DNA from: Catajapyx aquilonaris | Taxonomy: Eukaryota | Length of the DNA stretch: 64,000 nt | Direction of reading: 5' to 3' | NCBI GenBank assembly: GCA_000934665.2 | Contig: KZ538166.1 | Location: 1-64,000 of the forward strand | Shown here: positions 29,791-42,530 of the stretch, piece by piece | How the letters are laid out: each line of letters starts with the position of its first letter | How positions within the stretch are numbered: the stretch's first letter is position 1 | Position numbers and translations under genes: made by a program | Notes under the pieces: generated by a model | What the model was told of the DNA's origin: nothing | Database searches by the model: none | What the model saw: the letters and a program-made list of their open reading frames with translations, nothing else

Positions 29791-30009
29791 GACGTCACAC
29801 GCATGACGTCATGCCCTAATCAAACCTTTAATTTATTCACTACCTGCATAAAATGCATAAATGCAGTAAGTGAATGGAAAAAAGCAGTACATTATTTCAT
29901 TCACTTATTGCATTTGATGCAGTTATGCAGTAAGTGAATAAACTAACGCACTGCTTTTGTTCCATTCACTTACTGCATAAACTGCATGAAATGAATAAAA
30001 ATGACGTCA
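29790..30009. promoter_or_regulatory. Cluster of three perfect CRE palindromes (TGACGTCA)
   Basis: TGACGTCA at 29790-29797, 29804-29811 and 30002-30009, directly upstream of the predicted minus-strand exon 1. Confidence 0.4.
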
Positions 30010-31789
30010 ATATGCACTATATGAATAACATCATTCATATAGTGAATTTAATTACTTACTTAGCGAATGTTGTCGCTGCATAAATTTATGCAGCTTTCAC
30101 AAGTGAATAAAATAATGCAAACCATTGACATTTCGTGCATAATTTCATGCGATAGGTGCATATTCTGCTCCACATATTCACTTCGTGCATATTTTAATGC
30201 ACTCCAGGTTTTCAGTGTACCTTCCACCCTGAAGGCTTTCTCTCACCTTTCGCTCACTCACAATTCAACATTTTACTTGCTCTCACGCAAACTGGACCTT
30301 TACCTTACAACGTTTCTATGCTCTTGAGGAACGGAATGTGTCACCTTATCATTTCACCTCTACCAAGGTGGTATACGTCTTTCTTGTGTTATCTTTTTTA
30401 TCTCTTGTTCAAGCAAGCCATGCATACACTGGCCAACTACGCAACGGTCATAGGTTTAACTTTACTATTCCCATCGCGTAGAGCACACAAACTAAGAGTT
30501 AGGCAAATTATGCAGTTGGCAAGTGAAAATGGTTAAACGGACTTTATCAGCTATGGGTCATAGTTTTTTAAACTTAAGAACCGCGTTGTACTTAATACTC
30601 TCTTCATAATGTCGTATAGCGTACATTCTCTCACCCCCTCCCTCGCATTTCAAGGAATTTATGGCGCAGACTGTACACGTATTTTATACCAGTCTACATG
30701 GCTAAGTACCCCCCACCTCCTCCCAATTAGACAATTACTGGAACCACCATTGCGTTGTAGGGTTTAGTGTGCCTCCAGCAGGCTCTGTTCAGAATAAAAG
30801 CTCTCCCGACTTCGAAAAAGTTGGGAACCATTGGCTTAATGACTCATATAAACATTGTTAAATGACTTTTGCCGTAGCCTCTAGTTATATATTTTTTAAA
30901 TAGGCACGGATGTCACATTATAGTAGTTGTTGCAGTCACAAACCACAACAGAGGGAATATTGAAGCTCACGTCAGCCACTCTGAGGTTAATTTGTATGAA
31001 GCTATATCCATGAGATGAATGTGTCAACACCCTTTTAGGCCTAATTGTCACCATTATAACTGAAAGAATCATTATAAATAAATAATATAATGACATTTCA
31101 TTTTGCATACGGTACTGCATTGTTGAGATATAGCTAGGCCACTGGGTAGCTAAGCATAAAAGTCGTGGATTTATGCACATTTATATGCATAATATAATAA
31201 TTTGGTTATACCCCAACAAAGGGCTTCGGCCTTTTAATGGATCTTCTTTTTAACTGACCGACTAGCTGGCGATGGATTTTGATTGTGGGAGGAAATACAA
31301 TAATACCGAACGAAACCACGCACGCAGGGAGAGATCCCATCGAAACTCTTTGCAAATGAGAAATATCTTCTGTCCATCCCTGGAATCTAACTCGAGACAT
31401 CAGAGGTGGAAGGCTGTGTATAGTCAATATATTCACCACCATGTCGCCTATATTGTTGATATTAGTAAAATTATATTGAGTTGAAGTACTGTACAAAGCA
31501 ATTAATAGATTATTAGTATACCAATAAACTTTCACAATTGATAAATAGTCTTTAACTACGTATTATGAGTAGCAAGATACATCACGCTTTGATGGTCATA
31601 ATATTCAATCCAACCCACATAATTTTCCGAGACATGCATGAACATTATGCACACTTTCGAGTACGAATTTGATTGTCTTGGTGTCCTGTCACCAGCAAAT
31701 ACGACGTATTAACCACTATATACAGTATACAGGGTGTTTCTTACATATAGGTCCACCACCACAAAGTTACTCTTGGTAAAAACATTTAT

Positions 31790-31943
31790 GACTCTTGCTC
31801 TTAACAGTGGTTGCCTAGGGAGCAGGACATAAGCGTGATAATCATGACTATCTTTTGGGATTTTACGAGATCAGCTCCTTCAGAGTAGCGATTATCACTC
31901 TCACATCCTGCTCCCTAGGCAATCACTGTAAAGTGCAAGAGTC
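31790..31943. mobile_element. Degenerate MITE-like inverted repeat
   Basis: gactcttgctcttaacagtggttgcctagggagcagga...gtgataatc pairs with gattatcac...tcctgctccctaggcaatcactgtaaagtgcaagagtc. Confidence 0.7.
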
Positions 31944-32640
31944 CATCTGCCAGGAGATCTCCCTACAAAGATGCGTCGTGTGTGTTGCCGCATGTGTCTA
32001 GGGGTAGGCCAATTTTTCTAGTCGTCTACCTCGTTACCGGTTGGTCCCTCGGCATCCCACCTCCCCCTAACATTTTAGACTTGGTTTGGGCGGGATCACC
32101 TACTAGTAAAAACAACCTGTGTACGTATGGGTTCAATATCAAAAACCGCTTTTATGACATGTGGTTGATATCCTTCTAGGCAGCAACATACGCCTATAGG
32201 CGGCCACACGATATGCAAATTCATCTCCTAGAGAAGGCGAAAACTTACTTCACTTTAAAAGCTGCACTCCGAAGCCCCCTTTATTCTGGTCTAGTACATC
32301 GTCTAAAATTAAAATTAATGATTTAATTAATGTATAATGTAATTAATGAATTAATTACAAGCCTCCCTCCTCCGCACTAGAGATGACGGAGGATTCAAAG
32401 GCGAGGAGGAAAGTTCAAAATCCACTTGTTTCAAGGCATTCAAAAATGGTTGTGGTCTTAAGACCATCAATTTTGAAACGCGAAGGAACTACTCAAAGAA
32501 AATAAAAACAGCAAGTAAGCCCAAATAGACCTGCAACTCGCTTATCGAATATTTTTATAAGCTCTGTTTGTTACAAACCATTTGTATGGATTATCAAAAT
32601 TGTGAAAACAGGATTGCTCAAACATAGTATGGCTACACTT

Positions 32641-32843
32641 TCATATCGGCTGTCAAGGGAATTGATGGACTGGCTAAGCTTGAGAAGGCCCTTAATATCG
32701 GCTGACGCCCACTTTTACCTACATTCCTAGGCTTGTATCTGCTGAAGGATATAGGTATGTATCCGCCGGGAAGGAAAGATAGGTCATGGGTTATGTTGGT
32801 ACAGCACACCCCTACCCCTCCCAAATTCTGTCAGCCGATATGA
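32641..32843. mobile_element. Possible MITE
   Basis: TIRs of about 15 bp, tcatatcggctgtca / tgtcagccgatatga (1 mismatch), plus an internal copy atatcggctgac near 32695. No clear TSD. Confidence 0.45.
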
Positions 32844-33408
32844 GTCCTTCCCATAATACTCGTATTTCATCAAATGTTACTATTAGTGAACTGTAATCAA
32901 CTGTAAAATGAGATCATTTTCTAACATTGCCGCATTTTTAAAAATTTATCCAATACTCCTAATAACGCTTTATGTGGCCATTTGAAGTTTGCAAACACTG
33001 CAAATTCGCTATTTACAAATCCAGATTACTCAATGAATTATATAACTAGGCAAATACATCGTTACATTTTTCATATAAGTCACAGAAACAACGACGACAA
33101 TGGTGGGATACATGGAAAAGTTAATAAAATCATCTGATGCAAAATCGTGAAAAAGTATACGTATATTAACTGCACAGGTCTCCTTACATCACCTTTGTTG
33201 AATCCATGTGCCCAGATCCAATTAAGTTTAGTGATTTTTAAATACGTGTGTAATGCATTCCCACAGCTCCACGGTTTTGTTATCCACTGTTTCAAAGTAT
33301 TAAATGAGTGTTAAATTTTAAATATCCAGCACACATGTTTATTACAGCACGCAGTAGTAAGCTGTGGGACCATTATTGGCCGGTTCAGCCATGTTGTTAT
33401 AACTATTC

Positions 33409-33411
33409 TAT

Positions 33412-33454
<43 letters not shown>

Positions 33455-33473
33455 TTTTATTTTATTTTATTTA
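33409..33473. repeat. (TATT)n/(TATTT)n microsatellite
   Basis: Tandem TATT units grading into TATTT units. Confidence 0.93.
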
Positions 33474-35280
33474 CGATACCCCTTGCGAGGGCAGGGCCCT
33501 TTTTGGGGGACGTATCTATTTCATATTTGTCTTCGTTGATGACTTAATGCGTACAATTTTAAATAAAACTGAACCAGAAGTATGTATGTTTAAAAACGTA
33601 CATTATAATTATGTGGTTCCGTATTATCCACACATATTATTTCCGACCCGTATAGTTTCACCAGTACAGGAGATAAGCAAGTGAGGGCAAGCCATTATCA
33701 CCACCCACTAGCCACTCTCACAGTCAGCATGTGGCACCAAGTGACATACAGTACCTATATAATATCCTTTCAAGGCTGAAATATACAGGGATTAAGTGCA
33801 TTTTTTTACAGTGACACTTGCAGTTGTGGTAGGGTAATCCGCCGGAAACCCTTCCCAGTGCATTTTGAAATTTTTTTTATATTTTTCAAATTGACTTTGT
33901 GTAATTACTGATGGATCAGGTCACATGTACGCTAATCCCACGACGTGAAGAGCCAGATGCTGTGGTACCACAATGTTAGACGATTCTATAGGAACAATTG
34001 AGTGTTTGTATAGTTAATGTTGTGCCATATCGGACACTTGAAATCTATTTGGGACATTTCCACCTAATGTAATGGCCCATTAAGTCCTGGGTCATTTCAA
34101 CCGAATCCAATCAGATAACAACTCCCACCACTCTCCTGCGCTTTGCCATAGGCACCAGTTTGTCACGAGTGGTGCAAACAGGTACAACACTAGGCATACT
34201 GAAAAATATAAGCACTGGCAAAGATTGTCGTCCTGTGATTCTGCAGACGTATAGGAAAGGGGATGACTTTCGTTCCTCGTACCCGAAAGCGAGAGGCAAT
34301 ACGCAATCTCTTCGCCTTAGGAGCAGCTGGATCCTTCTGGTCCAGGTCGAAGGCGAAAACGACTTGCCAGGTTTAGGAGACGTAGCTTCCTGTCCCCACC
34401 TCTCTCCCTCCCCTGAAGGCGGGAGATGTCACTAGGCTTCAGGCCTGGCCCCTCCCGTAATGCGTCAGGCTATTCGGGAGCTCTTCGCCTCGGGGTGAGC
34501 CCATCCATATCAGACTGCCTGCATGTGATCCCGTCTGTCATTAATTCATGGCTTCGTGCCACCCCTGCCTTTCCCCTCTTTCGTTCACCCCCTATACTTG
34601 CGGTACCGGCTTTCCGCTATTTCTCCTGAAATTCGTGAATTGGAGTGGAAACGTTGGTGCTACAGGAGGATATAGCAGAGGGCGTTGCTGGAATAGATTC
34701 AGCTCGTGATAATGGCTGAGCAGGTTAATTTATATGATTGAAACATTTGATATTATTGTACAAAATCAATCACGTTTATTGTTTTGTATAGGTTCATACC
34801 AATCTGGTAAGTTCGTTATTCTCGATAAGTGGCGAAATTGATCTTCACGTGGCCTTTTGTTTAGATCAGGACTAGCTGTCGACGAGGCTTGTTATTGGAA
34901 TATGATCACTCATCTGTTGATGAAGCACCTGATGCAATATAGGTTTCTGTGCATCAGAGGGCGCGTGCTGGTGATTCTTTCATGTGGAGGGAAATATGGT
35001 CCTAGTGGCAATTCTGGAGAAGGAGAGCTTCATGTTTCACGTATAGTTATTAGCCAATTTTTGTTTACATTAATGAAAATCCTGTACAAAATGAAAGGTC
35101 AACCTAGGCTAATATGCAGTTTACATTAAATGAGTCTTTCAGAACTTCCAGGACAAAAGTCCATTTCATTATGCGTGGATTATGGACGGATTAATTGCTT
35201 CGTCAAAGCATATCATTCTGTCCATAAACCGCACAAGAGTTTCCAGAACCGAACGCCTCTATACACTGTTACGATCTCTG

Positions 35281-35425
35281 TACTATGGGGCTCAAATTGT
35301 TTTGGACACTTTGTCCTGGTCTTGAAGCAACCCTTCGCACAGGCTTCACGTTGAGCAGGTGTGTGTGTGTGAATGGTTGCTTCAAGACCAGGATAAAGTG
35401 TCCAAAACAATTGAGCCCCATAGTA
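35281..35425. mobile_element. MITE with long TIRs and TA flanks
   Basis: Arms of about 52 bp: tactatggggctcaaattgttttggacactttgtcctggtcttgaagcaacc / ggttgcttcaagaccaggataaagtgtccaaaacaattgagccccatagta. Termini are TA|CTAT...ATAG|TA. Confidence 0.82.
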
Positions 35426-36865
35426 TATACATCAAGTATGAATTCATCCGGCGTAGTGCGATATTTATACTCATGGCGACAAAAATTATTTTGCTACAAG
35501 ACAAAATTTATGTAATTAGGGTTACAGTGTTTATGATTATTATGTGTTGGGCAGAAAGGGTACAGCATCTGGATGCTGCAGCTCTTCTACCAGGAGGGTC
35601 CCAATTCAATACCCGGAACCATCAGCTTGTCAGAAAGGTCTGCATGAAGCCCTCCCATATCCAGTCCTCCCACCTGTCTATCGCCTGGCTCGTCAAAAAA
35701 TAGCACACGTCTCATCATGTCCGCAATATTTTATCGATTGAACCCAAAACCTACGATTGATAGCATAGTTGTGTAAAGACTTCCTTCTTCTTCCTCCAAA
35801 TCCTTTTTGCATGGCTGTAGTTCCAAAAGTAATGTATTTTATAGACTATGTCAGTATTTGCCTGAAATTATAATTATATATTTTGAAAGATTGCATGTTT
35901 TTTATTACTATCTACAGATGGTAGGTAATTTTTGGTAGATTAATTTGGAATAAAAATAATAAAAAAGATGGCGAGGGAAAGAGAGGATGAGGAGGGGTAG
36001 AGAAGGATTTGGCGCCGAGTGGCAGATGTTAGGAGCATCTACGCTCTAGATATCCCGTGGCTGGAGTTGAGTGATTCCCACTGCAAAAAAGAGCCTCCAT
36101 GATTGATAACGCGCCTGCTCCTTGGCATTTTTCTATTCTTCGCCAGGAGAAGTTTTATAGTCAGTCTTTTCTCTTTAAGAAAAAAAGTTCTTCCACACTT
36201 TTCTCACAATGTTTTTGACATGAGATTTCCAACTTTATAACTACATGGCTAAGGAAATCGCTTACCCGGTTTTACAGCTAATAATACTGGAATTTATACT
36301 CCGAAACTTTGTTGTCTTTTCACGCTGGGAGGAATGAAACTTTCACACTGTTGTTGTAAGCCCACGTGGCTTCAATTAGACCAATAAGCCTGGGTTGTAA
36401 TCCCATTGCACATACTGAATCTGCCTTGTCCTGATGGCAGTAGCCTATTAGTCCTAAGCGCAGGCTATGCATTACGCACGAATCCATTGCAATTAACATT
36501 GGAACTTTTATTACTCATAAAAGTGGTTATCACCTTTAATGGCGCATTTACTTCGACAGTTGTGGAAAAGGTAGGTAGTACTTAGAAGTGATCGTAGCAC
36601 CTTTTTTTATATACCGCATGCTATATTCTTTTGGTGGCGTGTTTTTCGAATATTAGATGACCATCTGGGACTTCCGCAAATCTCTTCTTTTCCGGAGACA
36701 GAGAAGAACTCTCGAATCCTCTGCCGGATTTTTTTTTCTCCTCCTTTCCCCACGGCCTCGCCAATGGTCTATGAAATCTACTTTCCGGGTGCGTCCTCTC
36801 CTTCTCCGGAAAATTTGATTCCGGAAGCGGGGGTCGTATGTAATCTGATGCCTCCTTGTTGACAG

Positions 36866-37020
36866 GGCCTTGCTGAGCTACGACACCAATGCCACCGTCA
36901 CCAAACTGGATATTCGTCCTCTCAACACCACAGACGAGGGCACCTACAAATGTGACATCACCTACTTGAATGTTCGAGACAAGTGCGCCGTTGCACAGTT
37001 CATTCAGCTGGCAACATTGG
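36866..37020 (+). CDS. Internal coding exon, C-terminal half of a V-type Ig domain of a Sidestep/faint-sausage/nephrin-like IgSF protein
   Basis: Acceptor ccttgttgacAG at 36864-65 and donor GTgagt at 37021. Translation (R)ALLSYDTNATVTKLDIRPLNTTDEGTYKCDITYLNVRDKCAVAQFIQLATL contains the Ig L-x-I...D-x-G-x-Y-x-C motif and N-glycosylation sequons. Ends in phase 1, matching the next exon. Confidence 0.9.
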
Positions 37021-37823
37021 GTGAGTACAGCCTTTTTAAGCTTTTCCAATATGGCTTGGACGCGCATAAGTTACCAACATCAAAGTATAATTGGCTCAGA
37101 AAATGACTGCAAGGTCACGTGGATCTGTCCAAATTATCTGGCCCCTCACCCATCCACATCGTCTCCTATGATGTTTACCCTGGAGAAATGTTCAGATGTC
37201 AGAAGGGATTTTTAAACGTGGGTATCACGTATTTCGGGTTCCATTTGCGTCTGGCAACTCAATTCAAAATCCCAGAAATCCCGTGTAGTCTTTTCCTGGG
37301 CCGGTTATGTGTGTTTTCGTATGTATGAGAGAGTGTGTGTGTTGATCCGCGATTTTTTTAAATAATTGTTGAAGGAGTTGTGTATTCAGTAAGTGCCTTA
37401 ATATCAGTATGGTATAGGATACTCCATGCTGAAATGGTTTTCTGAGGGCTGAGTTAGGTGGAACAAAAGTAGGGAACTTCACGTTACAATGGAGGCTTGC
37501 ATTTCAAGCTGCTCAGAATTCCGCTACTTGTCAAACAATGGCATGTGCAGAATTTGCGCTGGGAATGGAAACTTAAGACATTATAAATTCATGATATAGA
37601 GTGGCCAAGACTCCGATGAGAGTGTATAGGAAGGGAAATAATAATTAACACGTAACTCGAAAGGCTGATTTTTGATTAGTCGTAGGCGGTCATAGGACTA
37701 AAACCAGTAATAATTGGCAATTTTTTGCGACAACGTATTTTAGGGAGTGGTTACCCAGCAGCAAGATTTCACAATATTAGTAAATAATTACTATGCTGTT
37801 ACTATACCTGCTAGTCACGTATT

Positions 37824-37945
37824 GAGTACGTTGCTATAAACTCAGCGGCTGCCGCAGCGAAGTAAACAAGTAACAATAAAATAACAATAAGTAACCAATA
37901 GGAGAGCTCAGCAGTGCTGACAGCGCTGAGTTTAGCAACGTACTC
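37824..37945. mobile_element. Short MITE-like element
   Basis: TIRs gagtacgttgcta(ta)aactcagcg / cgctgagtttagcaacgtactc around an A-rich spacer. Confidence 0.62.
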
Positions 37946-40900
37946 CTTGTACCTCTGTTATAATCTGTGGTACGTCAACTCAATTTCATATCGTAGCTTG
38001 TAACGGCAGTGACAAAAATTATGAATGAACTCTATCGGTGTTTCCCAAATAGGACGTGAGTGTCTGTCAATTTGCACCGACTTTGACATGCATCTTGTCC
38101 TACTAAATATAATGGAAGCGAAAGGCGTTACATGGCCCAAAAGCATCAACGTCGACCGTCGCTTAAGGACTGCTGCTCTGAGATATCAGCTTTGTCATCC
38201 CCGCCATGAAAAATGGCGGCCGACAATGAAATACGGGTAGGGCAGGAAACTTGAAGATGAAGATATATTTTTAAAAAGTACGGCAACATGGGTGAAAAAG
38301 TTTTTGCGGGAAAGAGAGGGTGAGGACCTGGAAAACTTGACGCTTTTTTCTCCTACTTCTTTCGGTACGAGTGTTACTTCTCGGACATGTCAAAGACGGT
38401 GGCTATATAGTGGTGAAAAGAAAGGGAATTCCGAAAGGTTACTGGACCCAATTTGATCCGCTGGTTGGCTGGTACCCATGATCGAAGGACTGTCGCAACA
38501 GGTTATTGGCAGAAGCCCCCATGTAATTGATTACTGTAGGACGGATCCAATCATGCAATTGCTAATTGTCTACTTTTTTTGAGTGGAATAAGTGGATTGG
38601 ATAGCAACTCCCAGCTTGCCATCAAGTACGAGTAAATAAATTCAGTGCCGGAGAAATGTGGTTTTGGTAGGTCGGAAAACGTCTCCCAGGTCTGGTGTAG
38701 GTTGCATTGCAGTAGTACATCTACGAGTTAGAAATGACCGCAGGGTTCCCATAGGCGTTACATTTTTTATGGACGGCAAAACTAGCTCCTGCTGGCTGCT
38801 CCCATGAGACTGCTCCAACACGACTGCTCCAACACGGCCAAAGGGAAAATTGTAGGCAACGGTACTTTTTTTTTCCACCCACGTGTTTTTTTTGCAAACC
38901 TGCTGTAAAATGGCGTCACACTAATAACGATTCGGTTCCAAATCCCTTCCAATCAATCTGGAATGTTAATTCAGATGGGAGTGTTCGTTATGAGCATTAA
39001 CTAATGAGCTCTGGCGCAAAAACGTTAGATCCAATATCGGCATTTTTACCACACCTTTATAACCATTAGGCAAAGTTGCATGATGAAAAGTAATATACCA
39101 CTGGCCAAAATCCCACCAATTATTAAGATTTATTAGCCTCATAACGGGGGGAGTCTGAACAGCTTCAGTAGTCCCACCAAAATCAGAGCGCAGGACTAGT
39201 GTATCTTCAGTGTCCCGAATAGTAACAGTGTCCTTGAAATGAAAATTCTGACATATCTTTTTAGGAACAAGACAATTGAGGCTTGTTATGTAAGGCCAAA
39301 ATAATGGAATATTGGAAAGAATCATTTGTTTTCTTCTGTAATGAGATTTTTCAATCCCTTAATTTCCAAGCGAAGCATCACTCGGAACTGCACAGGATCC
39401 ATCATCGGAAGCTCTTTGAAAAGAAGTGCCTCATTAACCAATTTTTTCCCTTTCCTTTCTCACTACACCCCGGCCTCCCTTATACGCCTCTGCAGACATG
39501 AAAAAAGTGAACCATTTATGGCCAGAAATAGGAGAGAGCAAGAACTTTGCCATCTTAATATTGTAGGTAGATTTTCAAAGAAATTGTTAATATTTTATGC
39601 TAATATTACGAGTTCTTGTGTCTGCTATATGTACAGAAATTATCATGTTATACAACTCGCGTTTCAATATCTTTAATGGGTTTTGGTCCGTAGAAAAACT
39701 TACGTAGTAATCACTTTCTGAAGAAGAATCGCAGTTTTCTAAGGCGTTATGGAATGAAGGTGTGTATAAATTATTTTTGAACCGACTTATTTATACATCA
39801 CATCACCAGTTTTGGAACAATGAAACTGTAGGATTGTTTCTAATGACAATAATCGGCAATAATCCTTGCCTTGGGAAAATAGGGTACATGTAATAAAACA
39901 TCCTTCTCTAGGATCCTTTTATTCCATTGTGATTTTGACTTTCCCAGCTTTATTTAGATTTGATAATAAAAACATCGTGTGAAGTGGTTCTTAATTATAC
40001 TACTACTGTAGGTATTGCGAACTGCTTCTACTGTAATTAAGGGACAGGAAAAGTTAAACCCTTTTTGAGACATTAAACCCATCCATTTGATGATTTGTGT
40101 AGGTCAGTGCTCTCTCAGATTATAATCAGGGAGGGACCACAACAGGGTTTGATTGTGTAACACAAGTGGTTAGCCCATAGTTGTCCAGCTATGCAGTAAT
40201 TATTGGTGCGTTCATCAGTCATTTGGCAGACGGAATTATTTCACGCCAGTTTCAATTAAATCCCTACGCTAGCATGTGCATGGCTGTAAAAAAAATAAGT
40301 GTATCAGTGCAGCGCGCTATAATGTCACAGCGCGAAAGTGTATACGGCATTGTGTACTTCATGAACGCAGCCATTGTTTACTGCGTTCGTTATGAAAGCC
40401 TCATCAATTAGGACGCTTCGTTTATTCATTTATACACCACTTTGTTCGAAATACAGCGGGGCCAACTGTGTCTCTGTCGCCTGCTCTTACACTGTCGAAT
40501 ATACAGGGCATTGAAGACTGCCGAGCACATGAAACTGAACGCCATCAACAATTAAACTCTATTGATAATTTTATAAGCTATCGGGTGCCATTGGAGCGAA
40601 TGCTTTCTACTCTGATAAGGGTGACGACTAGATTCAGCGACGTTAATTGAGTACACTTCCACCTACACTCTGGATGGCGCATTAGTGTTGCTTTTATTTT
40701 GAAAAATACAGGTAGTTTCACGAGGCTCCTGCATAATTCTCGCTGATTAAGATTTCCCTTTGAAATCCTTCACTTGATTGCCAGAATAAAGAACACCTGA
40801 TATGGACACCTGACAAATTAATGCGTACAGAGGTGCTGATGCATTAATGCAAGCAGCTCGTTAGAAGATCCACCTGCTCAAAGGAATAGACCCGGTTGTT

Positions 40901-42471
40901 GAACCCATGCATGACATATTAAAAGTTAAAAGGGACAGATATCAACATAGCGTCGGATAATTAATATCATCTCATGTTGCCACCATTAGTGCATCAGTCT
41001 GTGTTTGCTACGATATAGGTTGGTGGTTGATGGCATCGTCAGGTATATAGGTATTCCTGAGGCACAGTGCTGGCACTAACACTGTTATTTTGTGCTATAG
41101 TGCATTCGGGCTAGTCCGCAGCCTGGAAACCAAAATAGTCTTGGGGTCTCTTGTGCAGCCCTAGAATAAAAAGGAATCCCATGTCCCTGCGGCTTGGTGT
41201 CACTGTTGGACATGGCCGACGCATCTGTGTCAAACTCAATGTATTCCACGCATCCGCTGACAGGTCTGACAAAGGGATTTCCGTAGTGAATACTTTTGTA
41301 CGTGAAAGCACATACAAAGCAGGACAAAAAAAATGAAAAATGGATGATTTGGGACCCTGCATTATGCTATCCTTTTACAGAGGATACCATTTTACACCCA
41401 GGCTGCTACTAGGTCTTGCAGCCTGGTTCAGTGTCCAGCTGGCCTTGCTTTTACTGTAGTTCATTCGCCTTATTGCAATAAGAATGCCTGCTGGGGGGTC
41501 TTGACACTACTTGACATAAAGAGACTCGCTAGACTGGTGACAGATATCTCCTAATAACGGTTCAATATGCAGTTGGGATTTTTCAAACTATAGAACAAAG
41601 ACATCAGTTAGTTTAAAAGTAACTCCTGGTCAGCATGGTATGCTCAGAGCAAACTCATTTAAATTATTTAAAATAACAACCACTGTAATAGATTCCTCCA
41701 TGGGCAGCATATGAAGACTGTTATACTCTCTCGTTTTATAAAAACAAAAAGTTATTATTTTAGGAACGAGTAGGAAGTTGGAGAGAAACGTGCAAACTGA
41801 CCCTATCTTCTCTCTTCCCCCCTCAGCCCCCCACCCTCTCCCTTTTCATCCCCCTCACCCCAACGCTCATAGCTATTGGAGCGTCCAACCAAAATATTGA
41901 CCTTCTCAGTGGAAGTTGGATGATAGAAGGCAACTCTGTTTGCCAGAGAAGGATGAGATTCTTTGTCAATAGACGGGAGAGATGATGGGAAGGGGCATTT
42001 TAGGTACGTTCTCTAGCCAAGATTGTTGTTGCAGAGAATCGCAGCCAGATTTCTTTTCTTCTTCTTTTTTTTTACTTCCCACTAGAAGCAAATTTACAAT
42101 TGAAGTTGGACCGATCGTTGAAATTGCAGATATTTATGGTGGAATTAGCGCACGGAGTAAAAGGAAAATAATGTATGCGACTAATTGATTATGCTAAAAT
42201 CTTGGAAGAGGGGTGTTTAGATGCGAATTAGATCAGTACCTTTAAAGAGCGAGTTTTCTTTTCTAACATGGCGCATATCCAAATCCGAAAATAAATGAGG
42301 CCTTCAAAGTCCCTAATTTTGGGAAGTTGTTTTCATGGAACTCCTCTAATGATAAATCCTCCCGTAATTTATGGGAGCTTCCTTGGGTAGGGTGAAACTC
42401 ACTTCCTTCTGGCTCTTATCCTCCAGTGTTCACTCCATCCAACAGTGATCTTGCCCCCAAGACTTTCTCTC

Positions 42472-42476
<5 letters not shown>

Positions 42477-42529
<53 letters not shown>
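42477..42529. repeat. (TC)n microsatellite
   Basis: About 26 uninterrupted TC units. Confidence 0.95.

Positions 42530-42530
<1 letters not shown>

Larger units (their letters stand above)
28578..30217. mobile_element. Non-autonomous DNA transposon with CACT termini (CMC/EnSpm-CACTA-like)
   Basis: Terminal inverted repeats (TIRs) cactgaaaacctgg(g/a)gtgcat, 21 bp with 1 mismatch, at 28578 and 30217, flanked by TA on both sides. AT-rich subterminal repeats rich in tgaata/tattca/tgcat at both ends. No transposase ORF. Superfamily is inferred from the termini and the 2-bp flank. Confidence 0.8.
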
